DNA of 64,000 bases from contig NC_043025.1 of the NCBI RefSeq assembly GCF_006345805.1, forward strand, positions 5,704,001 to 5,768,000, read 5' to 3'. Origin of the DNA: Octopus sinensis (Eukaryota). Numbering within the stretch: position 1 is the stretch's first letter; every line of letters starts with the position of its first letter. Under the pieces are notes generated by a model that saw only the letters and a program-made list of their open reading frames with translations, did not search any database and was not told where the DNA came from. Positions 36,246 through 49,879 of the stretch are shown here, in pieces. The position numbers were made by a program, and so were the translations under genes.

Positions 36246-37844
36246 TTGACAGATGGTGATAATTTGGTTGAAGTTTGGTCTGAAGGTGGGTGAGAAACCG
36301 GGGTGGGGGGAAAGATACTTGGTATGTCTCTACGTTAAGGAAGTGTGTTGAGCAATGCTGGAGAAAGTAACTGATGTGGAGAGCTGAGGTTTGCAAAAAA
36401 ATTTGGTTTCTGCACTGGAAACGCCAGTTCGTTCGGGATGCGTCTGAGCACTATGGAATGTCGTTAGCATTCGGTGTCAGTAAGGACGAAGACTTTTGAA
36501 GAGGTGAGGGGGGGGGCGACGAGATAAAGTGTGAAACATGAGGAAGGAGATATTGCTGAAGTGTTGTTTGGTAGTTGAAAGTATTTTTGGGAGTGGGAAA
36601 AAGGATCGGATGTGCTTAGACGAAAGGATCAGGAGATATTTGGGGCCAGCATTAACTGGAAGTTTTTTTTTTTTTTTTTTTGCTGATGTCAAAGTTTGAG
36701 AGGTTCATAAAGTTGTTGGCGGTGGTGGGGGAGGGAAGAACTGAGTGTGTTTGGAGGGGGGGGTGAGTGTGACAGAGGATGAGTGGGACTGGGTGTGAGT
36801 GTGGTTGGGTGAGAGTAGGGTTGGAGTGCGAGTGACTTTTATTTACAACTATCATGTAATGTGAAGAGACGAAAATACACACATAAAATATATATATCAT
36901 CCTCCTCCTCCTCCTCATCATCATAGTTTAACGTCTGCTTTCCATGCTGGCATGGGTTGGACGATTTTGACTGAGGACTGGCGAACCAGATGGGTGCACC
37001 AGGCTCCAATCTTGATCTGGCAGAGTTTCTACAGCTGGATGGCCTTCCTAATGCCAAGCACTCTGAGAGTGTAGTGGGTGCTTCTTACATGCCACCGGCA
37101 CGAGGGCCAGTCAGGCGGTACTGGCAACGACCTCGCTCAAATCCTTTTTTTTTTTTTTACATGTCACTTGCACAGTGGCACAAGTGCCAGTGAGGCGATG
37201 CTGGTAACGATCATGCTCGAATGGGGCTCAGTCTACCAAATCCAATCATAATGGATTGGTTGGCCTGAAACTATAACAGAAAGCACTTGCCGAAGGCACC
37301 ACACGCTGGGATGGAACCCTGGACCCTGTGATTGGGAAGTAACCTTAACCTCATAGCTACATGCATACAAACAAGCCACACTAATACACAACCACACACA
37401 CACATATATATATATATATCTTTCTTTCTTTTCTTTTACTTGTTTCAGTCATTTGACTGCGGCCATGCTGGAGCACCGCCTTTAATCGAGCAACTCGACC
37501 CCGGGACTTATTCTTTGTAAGCCCAGTACTTATTCTATCGGTCTCTTTTTGCCGAACTGCTAAGTGACGGGGACGTAAACACACCAGCATCGGTTGTCAA
37601 GCAATGCTAGGGGAACAAACACAGACACAAAAACACACACACATACATATATATACATATATACGACAGGCTTCTTTCAGTTTCTGTCTACCAAATCCAC
37701 TCACAAGGCATTGGTCGGCCCGGGCCTATAGCAGAAGACACTTGCCCAAGATGCCACGCAGTGGGACTGAACCGGGAACCATGTGGTTGGTTAGCAAGCT
37801 ACTTACCACACAGCCACTCCTGCGCCCATATATATATATATATA

Positions 37845-38069
37845 TATGAGTGAGGTGGGCTAAAAAGTTCCTGGCTTTAAGGGTATCACGAAAGGCCTGG
37901 GTGGAGGCCCAACCTTCCGACTTCTTTTGCAGGGCTTAGAAAAACTGAAGGACTGCTGCAATAAGTGTGTGAATCTGAGAAGGGGAATATGATGAATAAA
38001 ATCGTAATTAACTGATTCTCCTGTATTTTCTTTTACCCAAAACCAGGAACTTTCCAGCATCCCCTCATA
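37845..38069 (+). mobile_element. mariner-derived MITE
   Basis: Imperfect TIRs tatgag..gctaaaaagttcctggcttt / aaaccaggaactttccagcatcccctcata; TA flanks; internal GLEKLKDCCNKCVNL resembling the mariner C-terminus. Confidence 0.75.
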
Positions 38070-38253
38070 TAGGTTCAGACATGGCTGTGAAGTTAGGAAG
38101 CTCACTTAAAAATTATATGGTCCCAGGTTCAGTCCCACTGTGTGGTACCTTGGGTAAATGCCGTTAAATATAGACTCAGGCTAACCAAGCCTTGTGACTG
38201 AATTTAGTTGAAGGAAGCCATGTGGAACCCCTCCACATATAATAATAATAATA

Positions 38254-38269
<16 letters not shown>

Positions 38270-38284
<15 letters not shown>

Positions 38285-39550
38285 TATGAAATTATTGTAT
38301 ACAGTGCTCAGGTGCACCACAACTTGTCAGAAAGTGCATATAAAGTACATGCAGTAATGTAGAAATGTCTGGAAAGCGAACAGTGTATGAGTCAGATACA
38401 TGCTTGTGTGTGTATGGAGGGGAGAAAAATCAGGTGTAGTGTTGGCAAATCTCAGGAAGCATGGAAGTTTTGAAGGATGCAGTGCTCCAACAACTAACAA
38501 CTGATGCTGGCAGTTTGTTCCATGCTTCAGCAACTCTCAGTGTGAAAAAATGTTTACTAAAGTCATGGGAGCTGTGCTGTTTTCTGACTTTGAAAACATG
38601 TCCACGGGTGTTAGACGGGTGGAGTTCGAAAAGGTGCTCAGAGTAATTGTTTGTAAGATGGTTAATAATTTTATGGGTGTCTGCCAAGTCAGCTGCCAGA
38701 CGTCGGAGTTTCAATGTGTCCATGCCCAGGGAAGTAAGGCGTTCAGGATATGGCAAATGCCTGATGGAGGGTATTCCCTTGGTTGTCAGATACATGCTTG
38801 TGTGTGTATGGAGGGGAGAGAAATCAGGTTGTAGTGTTGGCGAATCTCATGGAAGCTGATTTTTTGAAGTGCAGTGCTCAACAACTAACAACTGATGCTG
38901 GCAGTTTGTTCCATGCTTCAGCAACTCTCAGCGTGAAAAAATGTTCCTAAAGTCATGGGAGCTGTGCTGTTTTCTGACTTTGTAAATATGTCCACGGGTG
39001 TTAGACGGGTGGAGTTTGAAAAGGTGCTCAGAGTTATTGTTTGTAAGATGGTTAATAATTTTATGGGTGTCTGCCAAATCAGCTGCCAGACGTCGGAGTT
39101 TCAATGTGTCCATGCCCAGGGAAGTAAGGCGTTCAGGATATGGCAAATGCCTGATGGACGGTATTCCCTTGGTTGTCAGATACATGCTTGTGTGTGTATG
39201 GAGGGAAGAAAATCAGGTGTAGTGTTGGTGAATCTCAGGAAGCATGGAAGTTTTGAAGGATGCAGTGCTCCGACAACTAACAACTGATGCCGGCAGTTCC
39301 ATGCTTCAGCAACTCTCAGCGTGAAAAAATGTTCCTAAAGTCATGGGAGCTGTGCTGTTTTCTGACTTTGTAAATATGTCCACGGGTGTTAGATGGGTGG
39401 AGTTCGAAAAGGTGCTCAGAGTAATTGTTTGTAAGATGGTTAATAATTTTATGGGTGTCTGCCAAGTCAGCTGCCAGACGTCGGAGTTTCAATGTATCCA
39501 TGCCCAGGGAAGTAAGGCATTCAAAATCAGGCAAATGCCTGATGGAGGGC
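38270..39550 (-). mobile_element. Three head-to-tail ~390-bp CR1 family C 3' fragments
   Basis: IPSIRHLPYPERLTSLGMDTLKLRRLAADL...FTLRVAEAWNKLP repeated; units start at ~38391, 38786 and 39174; single (TTA)n tail at ~38250-38290. Confidence 0.9.
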
Positions 39551-41212
39551 ATATGTGTGCAGGTGAAAGTCTTGCTACATGGTAAGAAGTCTGCTTCCCA
39601 ACCACATGGTTCCAGGTTCAGTCTCACTGCGTGGCACCTTGAGCAAGCATATCCTACTATAACCTCAAACCTACCAAAGCCTTGTGAGTAGATCTGGTAG
39701 ACGGAAACTGGAAGAAGCCCATCGTATGTGTGTGAGTGTGTGTGTGTGTCTTTGTATCTGTGTATGATCCCCATCGCTGCTTGACAACCGGTGTTGGTGT
39801 GTTTATTTTCTCTGTAACTTAGTGGTTTCGAAAGGAGAGCCTGGTGGAATAAGTACTGTATTTAACAAGAACAAATGAGTCCTGGGGTTGTTTTGTTCAA
39901 CTAAGAAGTTTTCAAGGCTGTGCTCCAGCATGGCAGGGGTCTAATGAATATAACAAGTAAACGATAAGATGTGTGTGTATGAGTTTGTGTGTATCAGTAT
40001 GTTTGCGTATGTGTGTGTGTGTGAGTCTGTTTGTGTATATGTGTGTATGTATTAGTAAATGTCTGTGCATGTGTGTGTATGTGTGTGTATGAGTATGTGC
40101 TTGTGGGTGTGTGTGTTTGTGTATATGCGTGTATGTGTGTGTATCAGTATGTGTTTGCGTATGTGTGTGTGTGTGAGTCTGTTTGTGTATATGTGTTTAT
40201 GTATTAGTAAATGTGTGTGTGTGTATGTGTGTGTGTGTTTGTCCTCCATCACCGTTCAACATTTGGTTTTGACTTATGTCCCCATAACTTAGCAGTTTAG
40301 CAAAAGGGACTGACAGAATAAGTACCAGGCATTAAAAAATAAGTACCAGATCGATTTATTTATTTAAACCGCCCCTAGGCAGTGCCCCAGCATGGCCACA
40401 TTCCAATGAGTGAAGCAAGTACAAGGAAAAGACATGAATTAACACAAGCACACACACACACACACACACACATAGGTGCAGGAGTGGCCGTGAGGTTAGT
40501 AGATTGCTTACCAACCACATGGTTCCAGGTTCAGTCCCACTGTGTGGCACTTTGGGCAAATATCATCTACTTTAGCCTCGAGCCGTTGAAAGCTTTGTGA
40601 GTGGATTTGGTAGGCGGAAACTGAAAGAAGCCTGTCGTATATATATATATATATATATGAATATGTTTGTGTGTCTGTGTTTGTCCCCCACTCCATTGCT
40701 TGGCAACTGATGTTGGTGTGTTTATGTCCCCGTAACTTAGTGGTTCGGCAAAAGAGACGGATAGAATAAGTACTAGGCTGAGAAATAATAAGTCCTGGGG
40801 TCGATTTGTTTGACTAAAAGCAGTGCTCCAGCATGGCCGCAGTCAAACGACTGAGACGAATAGAAGACTAAAAGAGAACTGTACACACACACACACACAC
40901 ACACAAAGAAGCTGCTGTCCACATGCATTCACGCACAGACACAAACACACACACACACATTCACAAAGAGGTTGCCATCTATAAGAATCCACACACATAT
41001 ACATACACACACACACACACAAAACTACCATATGCAGGCATTCGCACACACATACACACACACACACACACAAACAGAAGCTGCCATCTACAGGCATTCA
41101 CAAACACACATGCACACACACACACGTGCACACACGCATACATACATATACACAAACATTCACACATACACAAAGGTCAAATCTTTGACTCAACTTGTTT
41201 TGTTATTTAACC

Positions 41213-41253
<41 letters not shown>

Positions 41254-41294
41254 CACAAGTCTAGCTACACAGTCAGCCTTTTCTCATTTGTCAC

Positions 41295-41333
<39 letters not shown>

Positions 41334-41637
41334 ATATATATATATATATATACACATATATGTACACACACATATAGCCCAACCATACAGACATGGAACT
41401 ACAAGCACACATGCATACACATACAAAATCAATTAGTATACACATATATACATACACAAATAGATATATATATATATAATATACACACACACATACACAT
41501 ACACACACCACACATATATATATATACACACACATATATATATACATACAACACACCTATATATATATATATACATACAATATATATACATACATATATA
41601 TATATATATATATCTATATATATACACATATATATAT

Positions 41638-41682
<45 letters not shown>

Positions 41683-42064
41683 ATTATACACATATATAAT
41701 ATATAATATATATATATAATATATATATATACATATACACACACACCACACATATATATATATATAGAGAGAGAGAGAACGTCAACAATACACAAACACA
41801 TACACAAATACCTACCCAAAAACACATAGACACATACATACATAAACAGGCAGTCAGCAGCAAACACACAAACACACGTTCTCTGCCCAACCCCAACAAA
41901 ATACACACATATACAGACAGTCAGCAATGCAAGCATAAGCACACACACATATATATATATATATACAGGAACTCAAACATACATACATACACACACAGAC
42001 AGGACAAGTCAATTTTATTCCATCCCGTTTCAGTGTAGAGAGAGACCTCCTCCGTGAAAGAACA

Positions 42065-42134
42065 ATGTCAGCATTAAATGGAAAATGGTTGTTGGATAGA
42101 ATTGAAAATGGTGACGAATTCTTGCAGAAACTCC
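42065..42134 (+). CDS. FABP/iLBP-family gene, coding exon 1 (MSALNGKWLLDRIENGDEFLQKL+C)
   Basis: GxW motif typical of the FABP N-terminus; donor c|gtaagt, phase 1; possible upstream acceptor tttcag ending at 42033. Confidence 0.9.
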
Positions 42135-42909
42135 GTAAGTTCCTGAAAATTCTTTTACTATATTTCTGTTAAAATCCACCGTCGTTGTTTCAATTAATTT
42201 TTAAAATAACAAAGAATTTAGTAACATTAATTTTGGTATAATTAAGCCAGTGTGTGGAATTTGAAATTACATGGAATTTTATGAAGGATTTTAATTTTAA
42301 TCATTTTAAACCCTTTTCTTACCATATCCCTGTTGAAGCACAATGTCTTTGTTTCAAATGATTTTTAAAAATAATAAGGAATCTAGTAAAATAATTTTAT
42401 CATTACAAAGATGGTGTTTGGAACTTAAAATTACATGGAATTTTACTGGAAAATTTTCATTTAGATTCATTTAACCCTTTTGTTACTATATTTCCCTTAT
42501 TTTAATTAATATCAAATATCAATTAAAATGCCCTCATTTTAATTAATATGGAAGTAATGAAGATTTTAGTAAAATAATTTGGTCCTTAGCATAAAATTTT
42601 GATGCCTTTATAAAGCAGGTGTTTGAACATAACATGAAATTCTCATGGGAAGTTTTAGTTCAGACCATTTAAACCCTTTTGTTAAAGGATTTCAGTTGAA
42701 ATACTCTTTTACTTGTTTCAGTCATTTGACTGTGGCCATGCTGGAGCACCGCCTTTAGTTGAGCACATCAACCTCAGGACTTATTCTTTGTAAGCCTAGT
42801 ACTTATTATATCGGTCTCTTTTCCTAACTGCTAAGTTACAGGGACATAAACACACCAGCATCGGTCGTCAAGCGATGTTGGAGGGACAAACACAGACACA
42901 CAAGCAGAT

Positions 42910-42947
<38 letters not shown>

Positions 42948-43327
42948 GTTTAGAGATAAATTACCATTAAATTTTGAAGGACGCTTTTAAATTTACTCCC
43001 GTTAACCTTAGCAGATTTCTACAAAAATACACTGTCTTTGTTTAAATTTATTTTCAAAATAATGAAGAATGTGTTAAAATAATTTTGTCATTATTAAACT
43101 GGTTCTCGGAACATAAAACATGAACATTTTTAACTTAGATCACTTTAACCCTTTTGTTACCATATTTTTGTAACTTACAAGAAAAGAAAAGGAGAAAGCT
43201 GCCTTGACCAAGTAGGGGATGCATTTGAGAGGGGGAGGTGGCATTATGCTAGGTGTTGAGAGGCTAATGCATGAAGAAGGGACAGGCATAGGTGTCTCAC
43301 TACAAAGGAGATATACAGCTACCCCGG

Positions 43328-43786
43328 AAAGAGTCCAGAAGCTGGCTACCCGCATGGTTCTTGGTCTCAAGAATTTGTCTTATGAAGAAAGGCTGAAGAC
43401 GCTCGACCTTTATTCTCTAGAAAAACGACGACGCCGTGGTGATCTCATTCTTGCTCACAACATCATAAGCGGAAAGTGTAACCTCTCGAAAGAGCTGTTT
43501 TTCACTCCTGCTCCAGAGCGTCGGCTGCGGGGTTACTCCGAAAAGCTCTATCTGCGACGATTTCATCTCAATCGAAGGAGAGGGGCTTTCTCCGTCCGGG
43601 TTGCGGATCCGTGGAATAAGCTGCCGGACGAGATGGTGAAGATGCCAACGACCGCTCGGTTCAAAGTCTCCCTTGACCACAAGTGGCCTGAACTCTTTAC
43701 ATGAACACCACCCTGTACATAACTCCATGTCCCCCTACATGGCCTTGCTTTTTGCTTTTTGAGCCAAAATATTAACTAACTAACTA
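43328..43786 (+). mobile_element. CR1 family A 3' fragment in FABP intron 1
   Basis: YSLEKRRRRGDLI...FSVRVADPWNKLP; (AACT)n tail. Confidence 0.9.
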
Positions 43787-44907
43787 AAAGGGTGGGTGGG
43801 AACAGATGGGAAGAAGATAAACAGGGTATTGATGGGATGCCAGAGCAAACACTCAGGGTACAAGCAGCACTGGCTTAACCATTAAGCAAAATAAGCACAT
43901 GTTTAGGGCATCAAGGGAAGGAGGGAGGGGGCACCACAGAAATGGTAGATGGTTTACGGCACAAAAGAAATCACTTTAAACTTGCTAAAATGATATTTGG
44001 GATGCCTTTATCTCTAAGTATACTCTTACTCTTTTACTTGTTTCAGTCATTTGACTGAGGCCATGCTGGAGCACCACCTTTAATCGAGCAACTCGACCCC
44101 GGAACTTATTCTTTTTTTTTTTTTAAGCCCAGTACTTATTCTATCGGTCTCTTTTGCCGAACCGCTAAGTGATGGGGACGTAAACACACCGGCATCGGTT
44201 GTCAAGCAATGCTAGGGGGACAAACACAGACACACAAACATACATACATATGCACACATATATATATACATATATACGATGGGCTTTTCTCAGTTTCCGT
44301 CTACCAAATCCACTCACAAGGCTTTGGTCAGCCCAAGGCTATAGTAGAAGACACTTGCCAAGGTGCTATGCAGTAGGACTGAACCCTGAACCATGTGGTT
44401 GGTAAGCAAGCTACTTACCACACAGCCACTCCTGCGCCTATTACTGTTTTGTTTCATTTTGAAAAATAAAAATTTATTTCATGGGTTGTTATTTGTTTCT
44501 ATTTTGAATTACATAATCTCTTATGGGGGCACCAAAACCTTTTGAGGGCTTAGGGCCTTGATGTGTCAGGGTACAAGTAGGTGAATATAAGAGAGGATAC
44601 GGGTAATGGATTAGAGGGAGGGAGAGGAGAAATTTCATAAGTGTGAGTGAGTGTGGGAAGAAAGTGGGTGGGAAGAAAGAGGTGAGTATAGTGAGTGATG
44701 AACATGGGTGGAATTGTGGCTGATAGGAAATACCAGTTTGGTGAGTGGGTACGGTGAGAGGGACTCAAGTGGGTCAGGAAGGAAATAGTTGACAAGCAGA
44801 AAGCTGTGGATAGATCAGAAGGTAAAGAGACTGTTGTGCAATGTGTAAGAGTAAGAGGAATGTACAGTGACAGAGATGGAGGTGAGAGGTATTGAAGGGT
44901 GGCTATA

Positions 44908-46549
44908 GCGAGCTGGCGGAATCGTTAGCACACCGGGCGAAATGCGTAGCCGTATTTCATCTGCCGTTGCGTTCTGAGTTCAAATTCCGCCGAGGTTGAC
45001 TTTGCCTTTCATCCTTTCGGGGTCGATAAATAAAAGTACCAGTTACGCACTGGGGTCGATGTAATCGACTTAATCCCTTTGTCTGTCCTTGTTTGTCCCC
45101 TCTGTGTTTAGCCCCTTGTGGGTAGTAAGAAATAGGTATTTCATCTGTTGTTACGTTCTGAGTTCAAATTCCGCCGAGGTCGACTTTGCTTTCATCCTTT
45201 CGGGGTCGATAAATTAAGTACCAGTTACACACTGGGTCGATGTAATCAACTTAATCCCTTTGTCTGTCCTTGTTTGTCCCCTCTGTGTTAGCCCCGTGGG
45301 TAGTAAAGAAATAGGTATTTTGTCTGTTGTTACGTTCTGAGTTCAAATTCGCCGAGGTCGACTTTGCCTTTCATCCTTTCAGGGTTTATAAATTAAGTAC
45401 CAGTTACGCACTGGGGTCGATGTAATCGACTTAATCCCTTTGTCTGTCCTTGTTGTCCCCTCTGTGTTTAGCCCCTTGTGGGTAGTAAAGAAATAGGTAT
45501 TTCGTCTGTTGTTACGTCTGAGTTCAAATTCGCCGAGGTCGACATTGCCTTTCATCTTTCGGGGTCGATAAATTAAGTACCAGTTACACACTGGGATCGA
45601 TGTAATCGACTTAATCCCTTTGTCTGTCCTTGTTTGTCCCCTCTGTGTTTAGCCCCTTGTGGGTAGTAAAGAAATAAGTATTTCGTCTGTTGTTACGTTC
45701 TGAGTTCAAATTCCGCGAGGTCGACTTTGCCTTTCATCCTTTCGGGGTCGATAAATTAAGTACCAGTTACACACTGGGATCGATGTAATCGACTTAATCC
45801 CTTTGTCTGTCCTTGTTTGTCCCCTCTGTGTTTAGCCCCTTGTGGGTAGTAAAGAAATAGGTATTTCGTCTGTTGTTACGTTCTGAGTTCAAATTCCGCC
45901 GAGGTCGACTTTGCCTTTCATCCTTTCGGGGTTGATAAATTAAGTACCAGTTACGCACTGGGGTCGATGTAATCGACTCAATCCTTTGTCTGTCCTTGTT
46001 TGTCCCCTCTGTGTTTAGCCCCTTGTGGGTAGTAAAGAAATAGGTATTTTGTCTGTCTTTATGTTCTGAGTTCAAATTCTGCCGAGGTCGACTTTGCCTT
46101 CATTCCTTTCGGGGTCGATAAATTAAGTACCAGTTACGCACTGGGGTCGATGTAATCGACTTAATCCCTTTGTCTGTCCTTGTTGTCCCCTCTGTGTTTA
46201 GCCCTGTGGGTAGTAAAGAAATAGGTATTTTGTCTGTCTTACGTTCTGAGTTCAAATTTCACCGAGGTTGACTTTGCCTTTCATCCTTTCGGGGTCGACA
46301 AATTAAGTACCAGTTACGCACTGGGGTCGATGTAATCGACTCAATCCCTTTGTCTGTCCTTGTTTGTCCACTCTGTGTTTAGCCCCTTGTGGGTAGTAAA
46401 GAAATAGGTATTCCGTCTGTTGTTACGTTCTGAGTTTAAACTTCACCGAGGTCGACTTTGCCTTTCATCCTTTCAGGGTCGATAAATTAAGTACCAATTA
46501 CGCACTGGGTTCGATGTAATCGACTTAATCCCTTTGTCTGTCCCCTCTG
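44908..46549 (+). repeat. Tandem array of nine ~182-bp SINE family 2 units, only the first with a head
   Basis: Units start at 44952, 45136, 45315, 45497, 45678, 45861, 46044, 46225 and 46408. Confidence 0.95.
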
Positions 46550-46569
46550 CTGTCTCACTAGGAAGATGG

Positions 46570-46905
46570 CATCTGTGGTACCCTTCCCAGGCACAAAACC
46601 CAACTTCATCTCATCTGGTTTAATTCTATTCCCAATCAATTGAGCTCTAACCTTCTCAGTAACTTTCATGACCTGGTCCAGCAGTTTAATGCCTCTGTAG
46701 TTGTTTCTCTCTAAGGCGTCACCTTCACCCTTGTAGCAGCTGACTATAATACTACTACACCAGTCATTGGGGATGATACCTTCCTGAATAACCTGATTAA
46801 CTATATGGATCACTAAGCTGTAACCTACACCACCGGAAATTTTAATCATCTCAGCAATAATTCCTGATGGCCAGGAGCTTTCCCTGTCTTCATGTCCTTA
46901 ATTGC
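46570..46905 (-). mobile_element. RTE reverse-transcriptase fragment
   Basis: KTGKAPG...IPNDWCSSIIVSCYKGEGDALERNNYRGIKLL...GFVPGKGTTDAIFLVRQ. Confidence 0.88.
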
Positions 46906-47515
46906 CTTATTTATATATAAATTTTTTCTGTGTATCTTTTTGTCGAAGAGCATAGGCTCGAAACGTAAAAGACTTTTTCTATTCTTGAGTGCTATACTAA
47001 TACATTTGTTTGTTTGTACTCCACCTGCCTTCGTCTTTTGTTTATTTTTGTAAACTTTCCCTTTATATATATATATATATTGTTTTCGTTTGTGTGTGTG
47101 TTCTTTTATTGTTTTATTGGTTTCAGTCATTTGACTGCGGCCATGCTGCAGCACTGCCTTTAGTTGAGCAAATCGACCCCAGGACCTGTACTCTGTAAGC
47201 CTAGTACTTATTCTATTGGGGTCTTTTGCCGAACTGCTAAGTTATGGGGATGTAAATACACCAACATCGGTTGTCAAGCTATGTTGGGGAGACAAACACA
47301 GACACTAACATCTACACATACATAAATACATACATATATATATACATATATGGCAGGCTTCTTTCAGTTTCCGTCTACCAAATCCACTCACAAGGCTTTG
47401 GTCAGCCCAAGGCTATAGTAGGAGACACTTGCCTGAGGTGACACACAATGAGACTGAACCCAGAACCATGTGGTTGGTAAACAAGCTACTTACTACACAG
47501 CCACTCATGCGCCTG

Positions 47516-47573
<58 letters not shown>

Positions 47574-48081
47574 TCATCATTTAGCATCCGATTTCCATGC
47601 TAGCATGGGTTGGACGGTTCAACTGGGGTCTGGGAAGCCAGAAGGCTGCACCAGGCCCAGTCTGATCTGGCAATGTTTCTATGGCTGGATGCCCTTCCTA
47701 ACGCCAACCACTCTGTGAGTGTAGTGGGTGCTTTTTACGTGCCACCAGCATGGGGGCCAGGTGAGGCTGGCAATGGCCACGATTGGACAGTGCTTTTTAC
47801 GTGCCACCGGCACGGAGGCCCGTCGGGTCGGCGCTGGCAATGGCCATGATCGGATGGTTCGCTTACGTGCCACCGGCACTGGTATCACAGCTACAATTTA
47901 TATATATATATAGTTATATTCTGTTAAGAGCACAGTAGAAGCTCACCCACCTTCAAATTTCACCCTGTGTTATCCAGTAGTTGTAGCAGTAAACGTACTT
48001 CTAAATTTGCGTTTGAGTTTCTGTTGAGTGTGAATAGATAACTGAAAAGTTGGAGTCAACAAGATTTTAACTTAGATCACT

Positions 48082-48549
48082 TTAACCCTTTCGTTACCAA
48101 GAATCTAGTAAAATAACTTAGTTATAATTAAAGCTAGTGTTGAGATGCTCTGTGTTTCTTTCAATTAATTTTAAATATAACAAAGAATTTAGTAAAATAA
48201 CTTAGTTATCATTCAGCTAATGTTAGGAACATAAATTGTGACTAAGGTTTGGTGGAAGATTTTAATTCAAAACTTATGAAAACAAGACATTTGTACTACA
48301 GAACCAGGTTTGGTATTGAAAGGGTTAAAAATATCATGGTGTCTTTAACCCTTTTGTTACCATATTTCTGTTGAGATGCTCTGTGTTTCTTTCAATTAAT
48401 TTTAAATATAAAAAAGAATTTAGTAAAATAACTTAGTTATCATTCAGCTAGTGTTAGGAACATAAATTGTGACTAAGTTCAGAATTTTTGAAAACAAGAC
48501 ATTTGTACTACAGAGCCGGTTTCAGCCAGGTTGGTAATGAAAGGGTTAA
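48082..48549. mobile_element. Two adjacent piggyBac-type MITEs (48082-48328, 48345-48549); related degenerate ~170-bp units at 42140-43170
   Basis: TTAA|ccctttcgttacc ... ggtaatgaaaggg|TTAA. Confidence 0.7.
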
Positions 48550-48847
48550 ACCAGCGATATCTGCCCATAATATTTTCCCTTTTTTTATGTTCAAACTGGT
48601 GAGATCTGGTCTCTCAGCAATCCAATAATATCATTCTAAAAATTAAGTTACCTCATCAAAATCTCAAAAGCTACAAGATAAAGCAGATTAATTAAAAATA
48701 ACGAGAATGAATAAGTTTTACATTTGATGGAATTATGTGAATTACCTGACCCTGCATGGCGGTGCTCCAGTGTGGTCGTAGTTCAGTGATTGAAACATGT
48801 AAAAAAAATGGATGATGTTAGAGTGTTTTTCTCTTCTTCTTTGTTAG

Positions 48848-49035
48848 AAATCCCAGAAGAGGACAAGCAGAAAGCGAAAGTGTTTCTGGACCCAGCAAAT
48901 GAAATAACTCAGGAAATTGAAATCAATGGACAAAACCTGACCATCAACATCAGTGCCAAAAACGGCTGGTCTGAGGAAGACAGAGCGACGTTTGGGCATC
49001 CTGTGGAACAAAGCCATTTTGGAAGGGAATTTACG
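48848..49035 (+). CDS. FABP/iLBP-family gene, exon 2 (Q|IPEEDKQKAKVFLDPANEITQEIEINGQNLTINISAKNGWSEEDRATFGHPVEQSHFGREFT)
   Basis: Polypyrimidine tract ending ttgttag; donor acg|gtaaat; phases 1/0; TQEIxIxG beta-strand pattern. Confidence 0.9.
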
Positions 49036-49879
49036 GTAAATACTCTTTTACTTGTTTCAGTCATTTGACTGCGGCCATGCTGGAGCACCGCCTTTAGTCA
49101 AGCAACTCGACCCCGGGACTTATTCTTTGTAAGCCCAGTACTTATTCTATCGGTCTCTTTTGCTGAACCGCTAAGTGATGGGGACATAAACACACCAGCA
49201 TCGGTTGTCAATCAATGCTTGGGGGAAAAACACAGACACACAAACACACATATATATAAATATATACGACGGGCTTCTTTCAGTTTCCATCTACCAAATC
49301 CACACACAAGGCTTTGGTCGGCCCGAGGCTATAGTGGAAGACACTTGCCCAAGATACCACGCAGTGGGACTGAACCCGGAACCATGTGGTTGGTAAGCAA
49401 GCTACTTACCACACACCCACTCCTGCACCTAATACACACAAACATAAAACATCACCTTCATTTAACCCTTTGGTATTCAGGTTATTCTATCAAATATAAT
49501 CCTTATTTAGTAACATTCATCATTATAGCCGCAGGAGTGGCTGTGTGGTAAGTAGCTTGCTTTCCAACCACATGGTTCTGGGTTCAGTCCCACTGTGTGG
49601 CACCTTGGGCAAGTGTCTTCTACTATAGTCTAGGGCCGACCAACTCTTGTGAGTGGATTTGGTAGACAGAAACTGAAAGAAGCCCGTCGTATATATGTAT
49701 GTATATATATATATATAGGCGTAAGAGTGGCTGTGTTGTAAGTAGCTTGTTTACCAACCACATGGTTCCGGGTTCAGTCCCACTGTGTGGCACCTTGGGT
49801 AAGTGTCTTCTACTATAGCCTCGGGCCGACCAAAGTCTTGAGAGTAGATTTGGTAGACGGAAACTGAAAGAAGGCAAAG

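Noticed and set aside
48790-49068. 92-aa ORF as a stand-alone gene
   Set aside because: Only 48848-49035 is exonic; the flanks are a polypyrimidine tract and a SINE tail.
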